Origin: Rubrivivax sp.
Lineage (GTDB): Bacteria; Pseudomonadota; Gammaproteobacteria; Burkholderiales; Burkholderiaceae_C
Assembly (NCBI GenBank): GCA_044360025.1
Contig: JBIKLC010000012.1
Coordinates: forward strand, 15,225-79,224
Reading direction: 5' to 3'
Length of the DNA stretch: 64,000 nt
The translations under genes and the position numbers were made by a program. This document shows, piece by piece, positions 11,800 to 21,883 of this stretch (position 1 is the stretch's first letter; each line of letters starts with the position of its first letter). A model generated the notes under the pieces. The model was not told the origin of the DNA. It saw only the letters and a program-made list of their open reading frames with translations, and did not search any database.

Positions 11800-14088
11800 T
11801 TGAACCGCACAATAACCAACTCGTCCAACACGGGCCTCATGGGCGACGTCGAGGGCACCGTCGAGGGACACCGAGACGGCCACGGCTTCGTCTGGCCCGA
11901 CCAGGGCGACGCGCCGATCTACCTCGCGCCGCAGGAAATGCGCAGCGTGCTGCACCGCGACCGCGTGCGCGTGCGCGTGCTGCGCTTCGACCGCAAGGGC
12001 CGCCCCGAGGGCCGCGTGCTCGACATCCTCGAGCGCCGCAAGGCGCCCATCATCGGCCGCCTGCTGCACGAGGGCGGCCACTGGATCGTGGCGCCCGAGG
12101 ACAGCCGCTACGGCCAGGACATCCTGATCCCCAAGAACGCCACCGCCAGCGCCGCGGTGGGGCAGGTGGTGTCGGTGGAACTCACCGAGCCGCCTTCGCT
12201 GCACTCGCAGCCGGTGGGCCGGGTGGCCGAAGTGCTGGGCGAGATCGACGACGCCGGCATGGAGATCGAGATCGCGGTGCGCAAGTACGAGGTGCCGCAC
12301 CTGTTCTCGCCTGAGACGCTGGCGCAGGCCGCGGCGCTGCCCGACAAGCTGCGCGCCGCCGACCGCAAGAACCGGGTCGACCTGCGCGACTTGCCGCTGG
12401 TCACCATCGACGGCGAGGACGCGCGCGATTTCGACGACGCCGTCTACGCCGAGCCCTGCCGCGTGGGCAAGGGTAAGGGCGCCGTCGAGGGCTGGCGGCT
12501 GCTGGTGGCCATCGCCGACGTCAGCCACTACGTCAAGCCCGGCGAGCCGCTGGACGAGGACGCCTACGAGCGCGCCACCTCGGTCTACTTCCCGCGCCGC
12601 GTGATCCCCATGCTGCCTGAGAAGCTGAGCAACGGCCTGTGCTCGCTGAACTCCGACGTCGAGCGCCTGTCCATGGTCTGCGACATGGTCGTCACCCCCT
12701 CCGGGCAGGTGCATGCCTACCAGTTCTACCCCGCGGTGATCGAGTCGCACGCGCGCCTGACCTACACCGAGGTGGCGGCGGTGCTGGCTAACACGCGCGG
12801 CCCCGAGGCGGCGCGGCGCGCCGACATCGTGCCGCACCTGCTGCACCTGCACGAGGTCTACCGCGCGCTGCTGAAGCAGCGGGCCACGCGCGGCGCGATG
12901 GAGTTCGAGACCACCGAGACGCAGATCGTCTGCGACGATCAGGGCCGCATCGAGAAGATCGTGCCGCGCACGCGCACCGAGGCGCACCGGCTCATCGAGG
13001 AGGCCATGCTCGCGGCCAACGTCTGCGCCGCCGAGTACATCGCCGGCGCCGAGCACCCGTGCCTGTACCGCGTGCACGAGGGCCCCACGCCCGAGAAGCG
13101 GCAGGCGCTGCAGGCCCAGCTCAAGGCGCTGGGTGTGGCTGCCGTGCTGTCGCAGCAGCCCACGCCGGCCGAGATGGCAGCCATCGCCGCGGCGGTGCAG
13201 GGCCGGCCCGACGCGCTGCAGATCCACACGCTGCTGCTGCGCTCGATGCAGCAGGCGATCTACACGGCCTCGAACAATGGTCACTTCGGTCTGGCCTACG
13301 CCGCCTACACCCACTTCACCAGCCCCATCCGCCGCTACCCCGACCTGCTGGTGCACCGCGTGCTCAAGGCCATCCTCGCCGGCAAGCGCTACCACCTGGC
13401 GGGCAGCACCAAGACGCGCCGGCTCGAGCCCCGGCGCGGCGGCAAGCCTGCGCGCAGCGCCCGGCCGCTGGGCCGCGACATGGAGCTCTGGGAGGCCGCC
13501 GGCGGCCACTGCAGCGCCAACGAGCGCCGTGCCGACGAGGCCAGCCGCGACGTCGAGGCCTGGCTGAAGTGCCGCTACATGCGCGAGCGCCTGGGCGAGG
13601 AGTTCACGGGCACCGTCACCGGCGTGGCGGGCTTCGGCCTCTTCGTCACGCTCGACGCGCTCTACGTCGAGGGCCTGGTGCACATCACCGAGCTTGGCGG
13701 CGAGTACTACCGCTTCGACGAAGCCCGCCAGGAACTGCGCGGCGAGCGCACCGGCATCCGCTACGCGATGGGTGCGCGCGTGCGCGTGCAGGTCAGCCGC
13801 GTCGATCTCGACGGCCGCAAGATCGACTTCCGCGTGGTGCGCGACGGCGAGGGAGAGCGCCTGCTGCAGCGCGGGCAGGGGGGCAAGTCGGCGGCCGAGC
13901 GGGGCGACAAGGTCGACTCCGCCGCGGCCGAACTCGCGTCGGTCAAGCAGGCCGACCGCGCGGCGCGGGGTGCGGCCAAGGCCGCCAAGTCCGCGCAAGT
14001 TGGCGGCAAGGGTGCCGGCGCGCCCGCGTCGCGCCCGCGCAAGCCCGGCCCGCAGCGGCCAGCTCCCAGACCGCGGGCGCGGCGCTGA
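11800..14088 (+). CDS. rnr: Ribonuclease R (start TTG 11800 or ATG 11839)
   Basis: GHRDGHGF, TIDGEDARDFDDAV, SVYFPRRVIPMLPEKLSNGLCSL, HFTSPIRRYPDL, an S1 domain and a basic tail. Confidence 0.96.
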   Translation: MNRTITNSSNTGLMGDVEGTVEGHRDGHGFVWPDQGDAPIYLAPQEMRSVLHRDRVRVRVLRFDRKGRPEGRVLDILERRKAPIIGRLLHEGGHWIVAPEDSRYGQDILIPKNATASAAVGQVVSVELTEPPSLHSQPVGRVAEVLGEIDDAGMEIEIAVRKYEVPHLFSPETLAQAAALPDKLRAADRKNRVDLRDLPLVTIDGEDARDFDDAVYAEPCRVGKGKGAVEGWRLLVAIADVSHYVKPGEPLDEDAYERATSVYFPRRVIPMLPEKLSNGLCSLNSDVERLSMVCDMVVTPSGQVHAYQFYPAVIESHARLTYTEVAAVLANTRGPEAARRADIVPHLLHLHEVYRALLKQRATRGAMEFETTETQIVCDDQGRIEKIVPRTRTEAHRLIEEAMLAANVCAAEYIAGAEHPCLYRVHEGPTPEKRQALQAQLKALGVAAVLSQQPTPAEMAAIAAAVQGRPDALQIHTLLLRSMQQAIYTASNNGHFGLAYAAYTHFTSPIRRYPDLLVHRVLKAILAGKRYHLAGSTKTRRLEPRRGGKPARSARPLGRDMELWEAAGGHCSANERRADEASRDVEAWLKCRYMRERLGEEFTGTVTGVAGFGLFVTLDALYVEGLVHITELGGEYYRFDEARQELRGERTGIRYAMGARVRVQVSRVDLDGRKIDFRVVRDGEGERLLQRGQGGKSAAERGDKVDSAAAELASVKQADRAARGAAKAAKSAQVGGKGAGAPASRPRKPGPQRPAPRPRARR

Positions 14089-14103
14089 GGTCGGGCCGGG
14101 CGC

Positions 14104-15609
14104 TCAACTGGCGAGCAGCAACTGCTCGATCAGCGCCGCGGCGCGCAGGGGGCGGCCAGGCTGCCGCTGCGCGAAGTCATCGGCCGCGCGGCCGTGCCAC
14201 CAGGCGGCGGCCGCCGCGATGTCGCGGGCCGCGGCATCGGGCTGCGCGCTCCACGTGCCGCCCGCCCAGCCGGCCAGCACGTCGCCCGTGCCGGCGCCGG
14301 CCAGTGCCGCGTTTCCGGTGGGGTTGACCAAGGGCGTGCCACCCGGCGCCGCGACCAGGGTGCCGGAGCCCTTGAGCAGCACCGTGGCGCCGGTTTCGTC
14401 GGCCAGGGCGCGGACGGCCGCAAAGCGATCGGCCTGCACGTCGGCGGCAGTCAGGCCCAGCAGGCGAGCGGCCTCCAGCGGGTGCGGCGTCAGCAGCGTC
14501 GGCCGGCCGCGCGCGCCGCGGGCGCGCAGGGCCAGGCGCAGCGACGGCTCGGCGGCGACGGCGTTGAGTGCGTCGGCGTCCAGCAACAGCCGCGCAGCGT
14601 GCGCCAGCAGCGGCGGCATGGCAGCTGCGATGCGGTCACCGCCACCGACGCCGGCCACCACGGTGGCCCCGGATAGCGCGGCGGGCTGGGTGGCCCAGGC
14701 CAGCGATCGGCGCATGAGCTCGGGCCGCAGGGGCGGCGCCGAGGCCTCGTCGAGCGGCGCCACGAACACGCGCCCGGCGCCGGCGGCGAGGGCGGCCTCG
14801 GCCGCGAGCGCGGCGGCGCCGGTCATGCCCGCGGCACCACCGACCACGACGACGTCGCCGAAGCGGCCCTTGTGGCTGGCGTGGGGCCTCGCCAGCCGCT
14901 GGCAGGCACCACCCAGCCAGGCCGAGCCGCTGGCGGCCGGGTGCCCCAGGTCGGCGAGCCACACGGTGCCGGCGTGGTCGCGACCCTCGTGCGTGAAGCA
15001 GCCGGGGCGCAGCGACAGCGCGCACAGCGTGGCCGCGGCCACCACGGCCTGTTGGCCGAGCACGGCGCCTGTGTCGGGGTGCAGGCCGCTGGGCAGGTCC
15101 ACCGCCAGCACCGGCGCCGGGCTCGCGCGGATGGCGGCGATGGCCTGGGCGACCTCGCCTTCGGGCGCGCGCTGGCTGCCCAGGCCAAGCACGGCGTCGA
15201 TCACGAGATCGGCCTCGGGCAGCCGGGCGGGGCAGGGCAGGGGCTCCAGGCCGGCGGCGATGGCCGCCTGCAGGGCCGCCGCCGTGTCCGCCGAGGGGGG
15301 CCTGATGCTGGCAATGCGGTGCACCTGCAGGTCCCAGCCGGCCTCCCTCAGGTGACGCGCACCGACCAGGCCGTCGCCGCCGTTGTCGCCGGGGCCGCAC
15401 AGCACGACGGCGCGCCGGCCGCGTGGTGCCAGGGCCAGGGCTAGACGGGCCACGGCCAGCCCGGCGCGCGACATCAGCGTGCCCGGCGGGTGTCCGCTGC
15501 GCGCCTCGGCCTCGTGCTGGTGTGCCGAAACTGCGGCGAGCAGTGGCCACGCCGCGGCGTGGCCACTGATGCGCTGCAGGGAGCCGGTGTCGGGCGGTGG
15601 CAGTGCCAT
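14104..15609 (-). CDS. nnr: Bifunctional NAD(P)H-hydrate epimerase/dehydratase (Nnr, YjeF)
   Basis: CGPGDNGGDG, DAVLGLG, VDLPSGL, HKGRFG, LDADAL, LTPHPLEAARLL, LKGSGT and LAGAGTGDVLAG. Confidence 0.92.
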   Translation of the reverse strand: MALPPPDTGSLQRISGHAAAWPLLAAVSAHQHEAEARSGHPPGTLMSRAGLAVARLALALAPRGRRAVVLCGPGDNGGDGLVGARHLREAGWDLQVHRIASIRPPSADTAAALQAAIAAGLEPLPCPARLPEADLVIDAVLGLGSQRAPEGEVAQAIAAIRASPAPVLAVDLPSGLHPDTGAVLGQQAVVAAATLCALSLRPGCFTHEGRDHAGTVWLADLGHPAASGSAWLGGACQRLARPHASHKGRFGDVVVVGGAAGMTGAAALAAEAALAAGAGRVFVAPLDEASAPPLRPELMRRSLAWATQPAALSGATVVAGVGGGDRIAAAMPPLLAHAARLLLDADALNAVAAEPSLRLALRARGARGRPTLLTPHPLEAARLLGLTAADVQADRFAAVRALADETGATVLLKGSGTLVAAPGGTPLVNPTGNAALAGAGTGDVLAGWAGGTWSAQPDAAARDIAAAAAWWHGRAADDFAQRQPGRPLRAAALIEQLLLAS

Positions 15610-15652
15610 CGCGTCATTGTGCGGCCGCGGGTGCCCCGGGCCGGACCGTCCA

Positions 15653-16870
15653 TCAGCGCAGGCGCTGTGGGCTCAGCGGTGCGAGGGCCGGGTCGGCTTC
15701 GCGGCCGTTCAGGGCCTGGGCCAGCACCTGTGCGCTGCCGCAGGCCAGCGCCCAGCCCTGGCCGCCGTGACCGAGGTTCAGCCACACCCCGGGCAGCGCG
15801 CTGGCCCCGACGAGCGGCAGGCCGTCGGGCAGCAGGGGGCGGGCGCCGCGCCAGTGCACGGCGTCGCGCAGCACGGCACTGCCGGGGAACCACTCGTTGA
15901 GCACACGGTACAGCGTGCGCAGCACGGCCGGCGGGGGCGCGGTGTCGATGCTGCCGTCCGTGGACTCACCGCCGGACACGCGCACGCGCTGACCGATGCG
16001 CGAGATCGTCGCGCCGTTCTCGGGGTCGATGATCGCAGCGCGCGGCGCGTGCGGCAGCTGACCGTCGAATTGGTTAACCGGCGCCGTCACCGAGACACCC
16101 CACACGGGTCGCAGTGGAAGCCTTAGGCCGACGCCGTCCAACAGCCGCGGCGCGTCGGCGCCGGTGCACAGCACCACGGCGTCGGTCTCGTGCTGGCTGC
16201 CGTCGGCCAGCACAAGCGTGGGCGGCGCGCCGGGGCGCAACGCCGCGACGGGGGTGTCGAAGCGGAAGCGCACGCCGAGACGCACGGCCTCGGCCTTGAG
16301 GCGATGCGCGAACTGCCGGCCGTTGCCCACCACGTCCTGGGGGAGGTGGATGGCGGCACGAAGCGGTGCAGCCGGGTTCAGCGCGGGCTCGATCTGGCGC
16401 GCGCGACCGGCATCGACGAGCTGGAAGGCCTGCCCCTGATCGGCCAGCCGGGCCAGCCACGCGCGGTGGGCCTTTAGCGCACGATCGTGTCGCAGCAGCA
16501 CGAGCACACCTTCGGCCTGCTCGAAGTCGATGTCGTGCGCCTGGGTCAGTTCCAGCATCCGCCGCCGGCTGGATACGGCCAGGCCCAGCAGGGCCTGCCG
16601 CTGTGCCGGCAGCCACCGGGTGCTGCGTGGTTGCAGCGCAGCGGCGAGCCATCCCCACAGAGACGGCACGCCGCCGGCAGGCCGCCAAGGCGATATCCCG
16701 GCGAAGGGCTCCACAGCCCATCCAGGCGCGACGATGCCCGCCTGCGCAAAGCTGGCCTCGGCGGCCACGCTGCCGCGACGCTCGAGCACCACGACCTCGT
16801 GGCCCTCCGCGGACAGCTCATGGGCCGTGGTGACGCCGACGATGCCGGCCCCGACGACGGCTACCCGCAT
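15653..16870 (-). CDS. FAD-dependent oxidoreductase, D-amino acid dehydrogenase (DadA)-like
   Basis: [10 protein letters not shown] dinucleotide fold, [24 protein letters not shown] and [17 protein letters not shown]. Confidence 0.85.
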   Translation of the reverse strand: MRVAVVGAGIVGVTTAHELSAEGHEVVVLERRGSVAAEASFAQAGIVAPGWAVEPFAGISPWRPAGGVPSLWGWLAAALQPRSTRWLPAQRQALLGLAVSSRRRMLELTQAHDIDFEQAEGVLVLLRHDRALKAHRAWLARLADQGQAFQLVDAGRARQIEPALNPAAPLRAAIHLPQDVVGNGRQFAHRLKAEAVRLGVRFRFDTPVAALRPGAPPTLVLADGSQHETDAVVLCTGADAPRLLDGVGLRLPLRPVWGVSVTAPVNQFDGQLPHAPRAAIIDPENGATISRIGQRVRVSGGESTDGSIDTAPPPAVLRTLYRVLNEWFPGSAVLRDAVHWRGARPLLPDGLPLVGASALPGVWLNLGHGGQGWALACGSAQVLAQALNGREADPALAPLSPQRLR

Positions 16871-16896
16871 CGGCGCTCGGTGTGCCGGCTGGCACG

Positions 16897-16905
16897 TGCT
16901 AAAAT
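16897..16905 (+). promoter_or_regulatory. Extended -10 promoter element of rpsB-tsf (TG-C-TAAAAT)
   Basis: TGCTAAAAT upstream of the structured rpsB leader. Confidence 0.6.
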
Positions 16906-16980
16906 CTTCAGGTTTTGCCTCGACGCACTTCCTGGCCTGCCCACCCGCGGTGGGCTTGCCGGCCGGGGCAGATCAATCGC

Positions 16981-17087
16981 GAACCCGACCGAGCCAAGGT
17001 GTCGTGGGGTGTACGGCAGTGTTCGAAGATCGCTGCGGCACGTCACGATGTAACGGCGGGATTCTAGACCCAACCTTCGGAGTTTCC
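16981..17087 (+). ncRNA. rpsB (S2) autoregulatory leader, t44-like
   Basis: GAACCCG (16981) pairs with CGGGATTC (17057); nested TCGTG/CACGA and GCAGTG/CGCTGC helices; GGTGTC/GGGGT and GACCCAAC elements before the start, as in proteobacterial S2 leaders. Confidence 0.6.
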
Positions 17088-17831
17088 ATGTCTGTCTCCA
17101 TGCGTGAAATGCTGGAAGCGGGTGTCCATTTCGGCCACCAGACGCGCTTCTGGAACCCCAAGATGGCCCCGTACATCTACGGCCATCGCAACAAGATCCA
17201 CATCATCAACCTCGATAAGACGCAGCCGCTCTTCGAGGACGCGATGAAGTTCATCCGCCAGCTCAGCGCCCGCCGCGGCACGGTGCTGATGATCGGCACC
17301 AAGCGCCAGGCGCGCGAGGTCATCGCGCTGGAAGCCCAGCGCTGCGGCATGCCCTACGTCGACCAGCGCTGGCTCGGCGGCATGCTCACCAACTTCAAGA
17401 CCGTCAAGGGCTCGCTGAAGAAGCTGAAGGACATGCAAGCCACCAAGGAGGCCGGCACGGAGCAGATGATCAAGAAGGAAGCGTTGCTGTTCGACCGCGA
17501 GCTCGTCAAGCTCGAGAAGGACATCGGCGGCATCCAGGACATGGGCGCGCTGCCCGACGCGATGTTCGTCATCGACGTCGGCTACCACAAGATCGCCGTG
17601 GCCGAGGCCAAGAAGCTGGGCATCCCGGTCATCGGCATCGTCGACACGAACCACTCGCCGCTGGGCATCGACTACGTCATCCCCGGCAACGACGACTCCG
17701 CCAAGGCCGTGGCCCTGTACGCCCGGGCCGTGGCCGACGCCGTGCTCGAGGGCAAGGCCAACGCTACCGCCGACGTGGTGCAGGCGGCTGCCGGCGGCGA
17801 CGAGTTCGTCGAGGTCCGCGAAGAGGCCTGA
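17088..17831 (+). CDS. rpsB: 30S ribosomal protein S2
   Basis: [29 protein letters not shown] and [11 protein letters not shown]. Confidence 0.98.
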   Translation: MSVSMREMLEAGVHFGHQTRFWNPKMAPYIYGHRNKIHIINLDKTQPLFEDAMKFIRQLSARRGTVLMIGTKRQAREVIALEAQRCGMPYVDQRWLGGMLTNFKTVKGSLKKLKDMQATKEAGTEQMIKKEALLFDRELVKLEKDIGGIQDMGALPDAMFVIDVGYHKIAVAEAKKLGIPVIGIVDTNHSPLGIDYVIPGNDDSAKAVALYARAVADAVLEGKANATADVVQAAAGGDEFVEVREEA

Positions 17832-17915
17832 GCGGGCGCGCCGCCCCGGGCCACCGATCCCGCGGCGGGCGCCTGACGCCCGCCGCTCTTGTTTGCACAC
17901 CCTGGAGAGATTCCT

Positions 17916-18806
17916 ATGCCCGCGATCACCGCCAGCATGGTGGCCGAACTGCGCGCCAAGACCGACGCGCCGATGATGGAATGCAAAAAAGCCCTGACCG
18001 AGGCCGACGGCGACCTCGGCCGCGCCGAGGAGATTCTGCGCGTCAAGCTCGGCAACAAGGCCAGCAAGGCCGCCGCGCGCATCACCGCCGAGGGCGTCGT
18101 GGCCGCTTCGGTGAGTGGCAGCACCGGCGCCATCGTCGAGATCAACTGCGAGACCGACTTCGTCAGCAAAAACGACTCGTTCCTCGCCTTCGCCCGCAGC
18201 ACGGCCGAGCTGGTGGCCGCCCACGCGCCGGCCGACGTGGCCGCGCTGTCGGCGCTGCCGCTGTCTCAGGACGGCTTCGGGCCCACGGTCGAGGACGTGC
18301 GCAAGGGTCTGATCGGCAAGATTGGCGAGAACATGTCGATCCGCCGCTTTAGACGGTACGCCGGTGGCGGCCAGCTGGCCAGCTACCTGCACGGCACGCG
18401 CATCGGCGTGGTGGTGGAGTTCACCGGGGACGAGACCGCGGCCAAGGACGTGGCCATGCACGTGGCCGCGATGAAGCCCAAGGCGCTGTCGACTGCTGAC
18501 GTGCCCGCCGAGCTGATCGACGTCGAGCGCCGCATCGCCACGGAGAAGGCCGCCGAGAGCGGAAAGCCCGCCGAGATCGTCGCCAAGATGGTCGAGGGCT
18601 CGGTGCAGAAGTTCCTGAAGGAGGTCTCGCTGCTGAACCAGCCCTTCGTCAAGAACGATAAGCAGACCGTCGAGCAGATGCTCAAGGAGAAGGCCACCAA
18701 GGTTGCCGGCTTCACGCTGTATGTGGTAGGCGAGGGCATCGAGAAGAAGGTCGACGACTTCGCCGCCGAGGTGGCGGCGCAGGTCGCCGCGGCCAAGGGC
18801 CAGTAG
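17916..18806 (+). CDS. tsf: Elongation factor Ts
   Basis: [19 protein letters not shown] and EINCETDFV. Confidence 0.98.
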   Translation: MPAITASMVAELRAKTDAPMMECKKALTEADGDLGRAEEILRVKLGNKASKAAARITAEGVVAASVSGSTGAIVEINCETDFVSKNDSFLAFARSTAELVAAHAPADVAALSALPLSQDGFGPTVEDVRKGLIGKIGENMSIRRFRRYAGGGQLASYLHGTRIGVVVEFTGDETAAKDVAMHVAAMKPKALSTADVPAELIDVERRIATEKAAESGKPAEIVAKMVEGSVQKFLKEVSLLNQPFVKNDKQTVEQMLKEKATKVAGFTLYVVGEGIEKKVDDFAAEVAAQVAAAKGQ

Positions 18807-18914
18807 GCCTCGGAGTCGGGATTTCGCCGGGCGCTGTCGGCCGGCGCGTCGGGCGGGCCGGCGGGGCCCGCCCCTTACACTCCACGCTCTGTTCCCAGCT
18901 CTCCCCATCGCCGA

Positions 18915-19625
18915 ATGCCGGCCTACCAGCGCATCCTTCTCAAGCTCTCCGGCGAAGCCCTCATGGGCGACGACGCCTACGGCATCAACCGCGCCACCAT
19001 CGTGCGCATGGTCCGGGAGGTCAAGGCCGTCACCGACCTCGGCGTGCAGGTGGCGGTGGTCATCGGCGGCGGCAACATCTTCCGGGGCGTGGCCGGTGGC
19101 TCGGTGGGCATGGACCGCGCCACCGCCGACTACATGGGCATGCTGGCCACGGTGATGAACTCGCTGGCGCTGGCCGACACCATGCGCCAGGAGGGCATCG
19201 TCGCGCGCGTGATGTCGGCCATCGGCATCGAGCAGGTCGTCGAGCCCTACGTGCGCCCAAAGGCGCTTCAGTACCTGGAAGAGGGCAAGGTCGTCGTGTT
19301 CGCCGCCGGCACCGGCAACCCCTTTTTCACCACCGACACCGCCGCGGCGTTGCGTGGCGCCGAGATCGGCGCCGAGATCGTGCTGAAGGCCACCAAGGTC
19401 GATGGCGTCTACAGCGCAGACCCGAAGAAGGATCCCGCGGCCACGCTGTACGCGCGCATCAGCTTCGACGATGCGATCTCGAGGAACCTTCAGGTCATGG
19501 ACGCCACGGCGTTCGCGCTGTGCCGCGACCAGAAGCTCCCCATCAAGGTGTTCTCCATCGTCAAGCCCGGCGCCCTCCAGCGCGTGGTACGCGGCGAGGA
19601 CGAGGGCACCCTGGTGCACGTCTGA
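18915..19625 (+). CDS. pyrH: UMP kinase
   Basis: [16 protein letters not shown] and [16 protein letters not shown]. Confidence 0.98.
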   Translation: MPAYQRILLKLSGEALMGDDAYGINRATIVRMVREVKAVTDLGVQVAVVIGGGNIFRGVAGGSVGMDRATADYMGMLATVMNSLALADTMRQEGIVARVMSAIGIEQVVEPYVRPKALQYLEEGKVVVFAAGTGNPFFTTDTAAALRGAEIGAEIVLKATKVDGVYSADPKKDPAATLYARISFDDAISRNLQVMDATAFALCRDQKLPIKVFSIVKPGALQRVVRGEDEGTLVHV

Positions 19626-19640
19626 CGAGGACTCCCCGCG

Positions 19641-20201
19641 ATGACTCCCGCCGACATCAAGAAGACCGCCGAGACCAAGATGGGCAAGTCCGTCGAGGCC
19701 TTCAAGAACGAGCTCCACAAGATCCGCACGGGCCGCGCCCACCCCGGTCTCCTCGACCAGGTGCATGTCGATTACTACGGCTCGATGGTGCCCATCAGCC
19801 AGGTGGCCAACGTCTCGCTGCTCGATGCACGCACGATCAGCGTGCAGCCCTGGGAGAAGGGCATGGGCGCCAAGATCGAGAAGGCTATCCGCGAGAGCGA
19901 CCTCGGCCTGAACCCCAGCGCTCAGGGCGACCTGCTGCGCGTGCCCATGCCGGCGCTGACCGAGGAGCGCCGCAAGGAGCTCACGAAGGTGGTGCGCCAC
20001 GCCGGCGAAGAGGCCAAGATCGCCGTGCGCAGCGTGCGCCGCGAGGCCAACGAGCACCTCAAGAAGCTGCTGAAGGACAAGGCCGTACCCGAGGACGACG
20101 AACGCCGCGCGCAGGACGAGGTGCAGCGCATGACGGACGGCACCATCGCGCAGATCGACAAGCTGGTCCAGGGCAAGGAAGCCGAGGTGATGGCCGTCTG
20201 A
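19641..20201 (+). CDS. frr: Ribosome recycling factor
   Basis: [13 protein letters not shown] and [12 protein letters not shown]. Confidence 0.98.
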   Translation: MTPADIKKTAETKMGKSVEAFKNELHKIRTGRAHPGLLDQVHVDYYGSMVPISQVANVSLLDARTISVQPWEKGMGAKIEKAIRESDLGLNPSAQGDLLRVPMPALTEERRKELTKVVRHAGEEAKIAVRSVRREANEHLKKLLKDKAVPEDDERRAQDEVQRMTDGTIAQIDKLVQGKEAEVMAV

Positions 20202-20228
20202 GGCCGTCGTCTGCCCGCTGCTCAGCCC

Positions 20229-20993
20229 ATGACCGATCTCTCCGTCGCTCTGACGCACGAGCCGGCTGCCGCCGACGCCGCGGTGCCGCGCCACGTGGCC
20301 GTGGTCATGGACGGCAACGGCCGCTGGGCGCGCCGGCGCTACATGCCGCGCTTCTTCGGCCACAAGCAGGGCGTCGATTCCCTGGTGCGCGCGGTCAACA
20401 CCTTCGCCGACCGCGGCGTGCAGTACCTGACGGTGTTCGCCTTCAGCTCCGAGAACTGGAAGCGCCCCACCGAAGAGGTGTCGGGCCTGATGAGCCTGGT
20501 GCTGGTGGCCGTGTCGAAGTACCTTACTAAGATGCACCGCGACGGCGTGCGCATCCGCATCGTCGGCGACCGCTCGGCCGTCTCCGACAAGCTGCGCCAG
20601 GCCTGGGAACAGGCCGAGACGCTCACCGAGCACAACAGCCGCATCACGCTGGCCGTGGCCTTCAACTACGGCGGCCGCTGGGACGTCGTCCAGGCCTGCC
20701 GCCTGGCCATCGTGCAGGGCCTTCCGCCGGAGCAACTCGACGAGGCCTGGCTGTCGCGGCACATGGCGCTGAGCTTCGCGCCCGACCCGGACCTGTTCAT
20801 CCGCACCGGCGGCGAGATGCGCATGAGCAACTTCCTGCTCTGGCAGGCGGCGTACTCTGAGCTGTTCTTCACCGACTGCCTCTGGCCCGATTTCGGCGAG
20901 GCCGAGATCGACGCGGCGCTCTCGGCCTATGCGCAGCGCGACCGCCGCTTCGGTGGCATCCAGCCGCTGGCCGTGGCGATGCCGGGCGCGTGA
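20229..20993 (+). CDS. uppS: Undecaprenyl diphosphate synthase
   Basis: HVAVVMDGNGRWA, FAFSSENWKRP and IRTGGEMRMSNFLLWQ. Confidence 0.97.
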   Translation: MTDLSVALTHEPAAADAAVPRHVAVVMDGNGRWARRRYMPRFFGHKQGVDSLVRAVNTFADRGVQYLTVFAFSSENWKRPTEEVSGLMSLVLVAVSKYLTKMHRDGVRIRIVGDRSAVSDKLRQAWEQAETLTEHNSRITLAVAFNYGGRWDVVQACRLAIVQGLPPEQLDEAWLSRHMALSFAPDPDLFIRTGGEMRMSNFLLWQAAYSELFFTDCLWPDFGEAEIDAALSAYAQRDRRFGGIQPLAVAMPGA

Positions 20994-21040
20994 GCGCCGC
21001 GTTGCCGGCCGTCGCCGCGCCCGTACCCACCGCTGCCGGC

Positions 21041-21883
21041 ATGCTGCGTCAACGCATCGCCACCGCGCTGGTGCTGGTCATTGTGCTCCTGGGCGCGCTG
21101 TCCGCCGACAGCACCTGGCCCTTCGCCCTGCTCACGCTGGTGCTCATCGCCGCCTGCGGCTGGGAGTGGGGCCGCCTGAACCAGGCCGGCCAGGCGCTGG
21201 CGGTCGGCATGGGTGCGCTGGTGGGCATCGCCGGCGCGGCGGTGCTGCTGGCGGGCCTGCAGCAACGGGCGCCGGCGCCGCTGTGGTGGGGCGTGGTCGC
21301 GCTGTGGGTGGTGGCGGGCGTCGTGGCCATGCGCCAGGGGCCTGCGGCCTGGCCGCGTCTGCCGCGGCTGGGACGCTGGCTGCTGGGGGTGCTGATGCTG
21401 TGGGCGGCCTGGCTGGCGCTGTCGCAGGCCCGCGCCACCGGCATCAACTTCCTGCTGTCGGTGCTGGCGCTGGTCTGGATGGCCGACGTCGCGGCCTACT
21501 TCGGCGGCCGGGCCTTCGGCCGGCGCAAGTTGGCGCCGGCGATCAGCCCGGGCAAGAGCTGGGAGGGCGTGTGGTCGGGCATGGCCGGCGTGCTGGTCCT
21601 GTCGGCCCTGTGGATCGCCATCGATCGTCACTTCGCCGTCGACACGCCGAGCCTGTACACCCTGCTGTGGCAGCACGCGGGCCTGGGCGGCCTCGTGGTG
21701 GCGCTGCTCGCGCTGTGCGCGCTGAGCGTGGTGGGCGACCTGATCGAGTCGCTCGTCAAGCGCGCGGCCGGCGCCAAAGACAGCAGCCGGTTGCTGCCCG
21801 GCCACGGCGGCGTGCTCGACCGCGTCGACGCCCTGCTGCCTGTGCTGCCGGCCGCCATGGCCTTGCTGGCCTGGGCATCATGA
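21041..21883 (+). CDS. cdsA: Phosphatidate cytidylyltransferase (alternative GTG at 20990)
   Basis: KLAPAISPGKSWEG, GDLIESLVKRAAGAKDS and PGHGGVLDRVD. Confidence 0.96.
   Translation: MLRQRIATALVLVIVLLGALSADSTWPFALLTLVLIAACGWEWGRLNQAGQALAVGMGALVGIAGAAVLLAGLQQRAPAPLWWGVVALWVVAGVVAMRQGPAAWPRLPRLGRWLLGVLMLWAAWLALSQARATGINFLLSVLALVWMADVAAYFGGRAFGRRKLAPAISPGKSWEGVWSGMAGVLVLSALWIAIDRHFAVDTPSLYTLLWQHAGLGGLVVALLALCALSVVGDLIESLVKRAAGAKDSSRLLPGHGGVLDRVDALLPVLPAAMALLAWAS

Noticed and set aside
17064-20762. 1232-aa minus-strand ORF, and similar giant antisense or alternate-frame ORFs (11773-13998, 33239-36124, 36996-39290, 48571-50352, 59547-62510, 59990-62665)
   Set aside because: They are shadows of well-supported genes in very GC-rich DNA where stop codons are rare. 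They have no recognisable motifs and show typical antisense composition.
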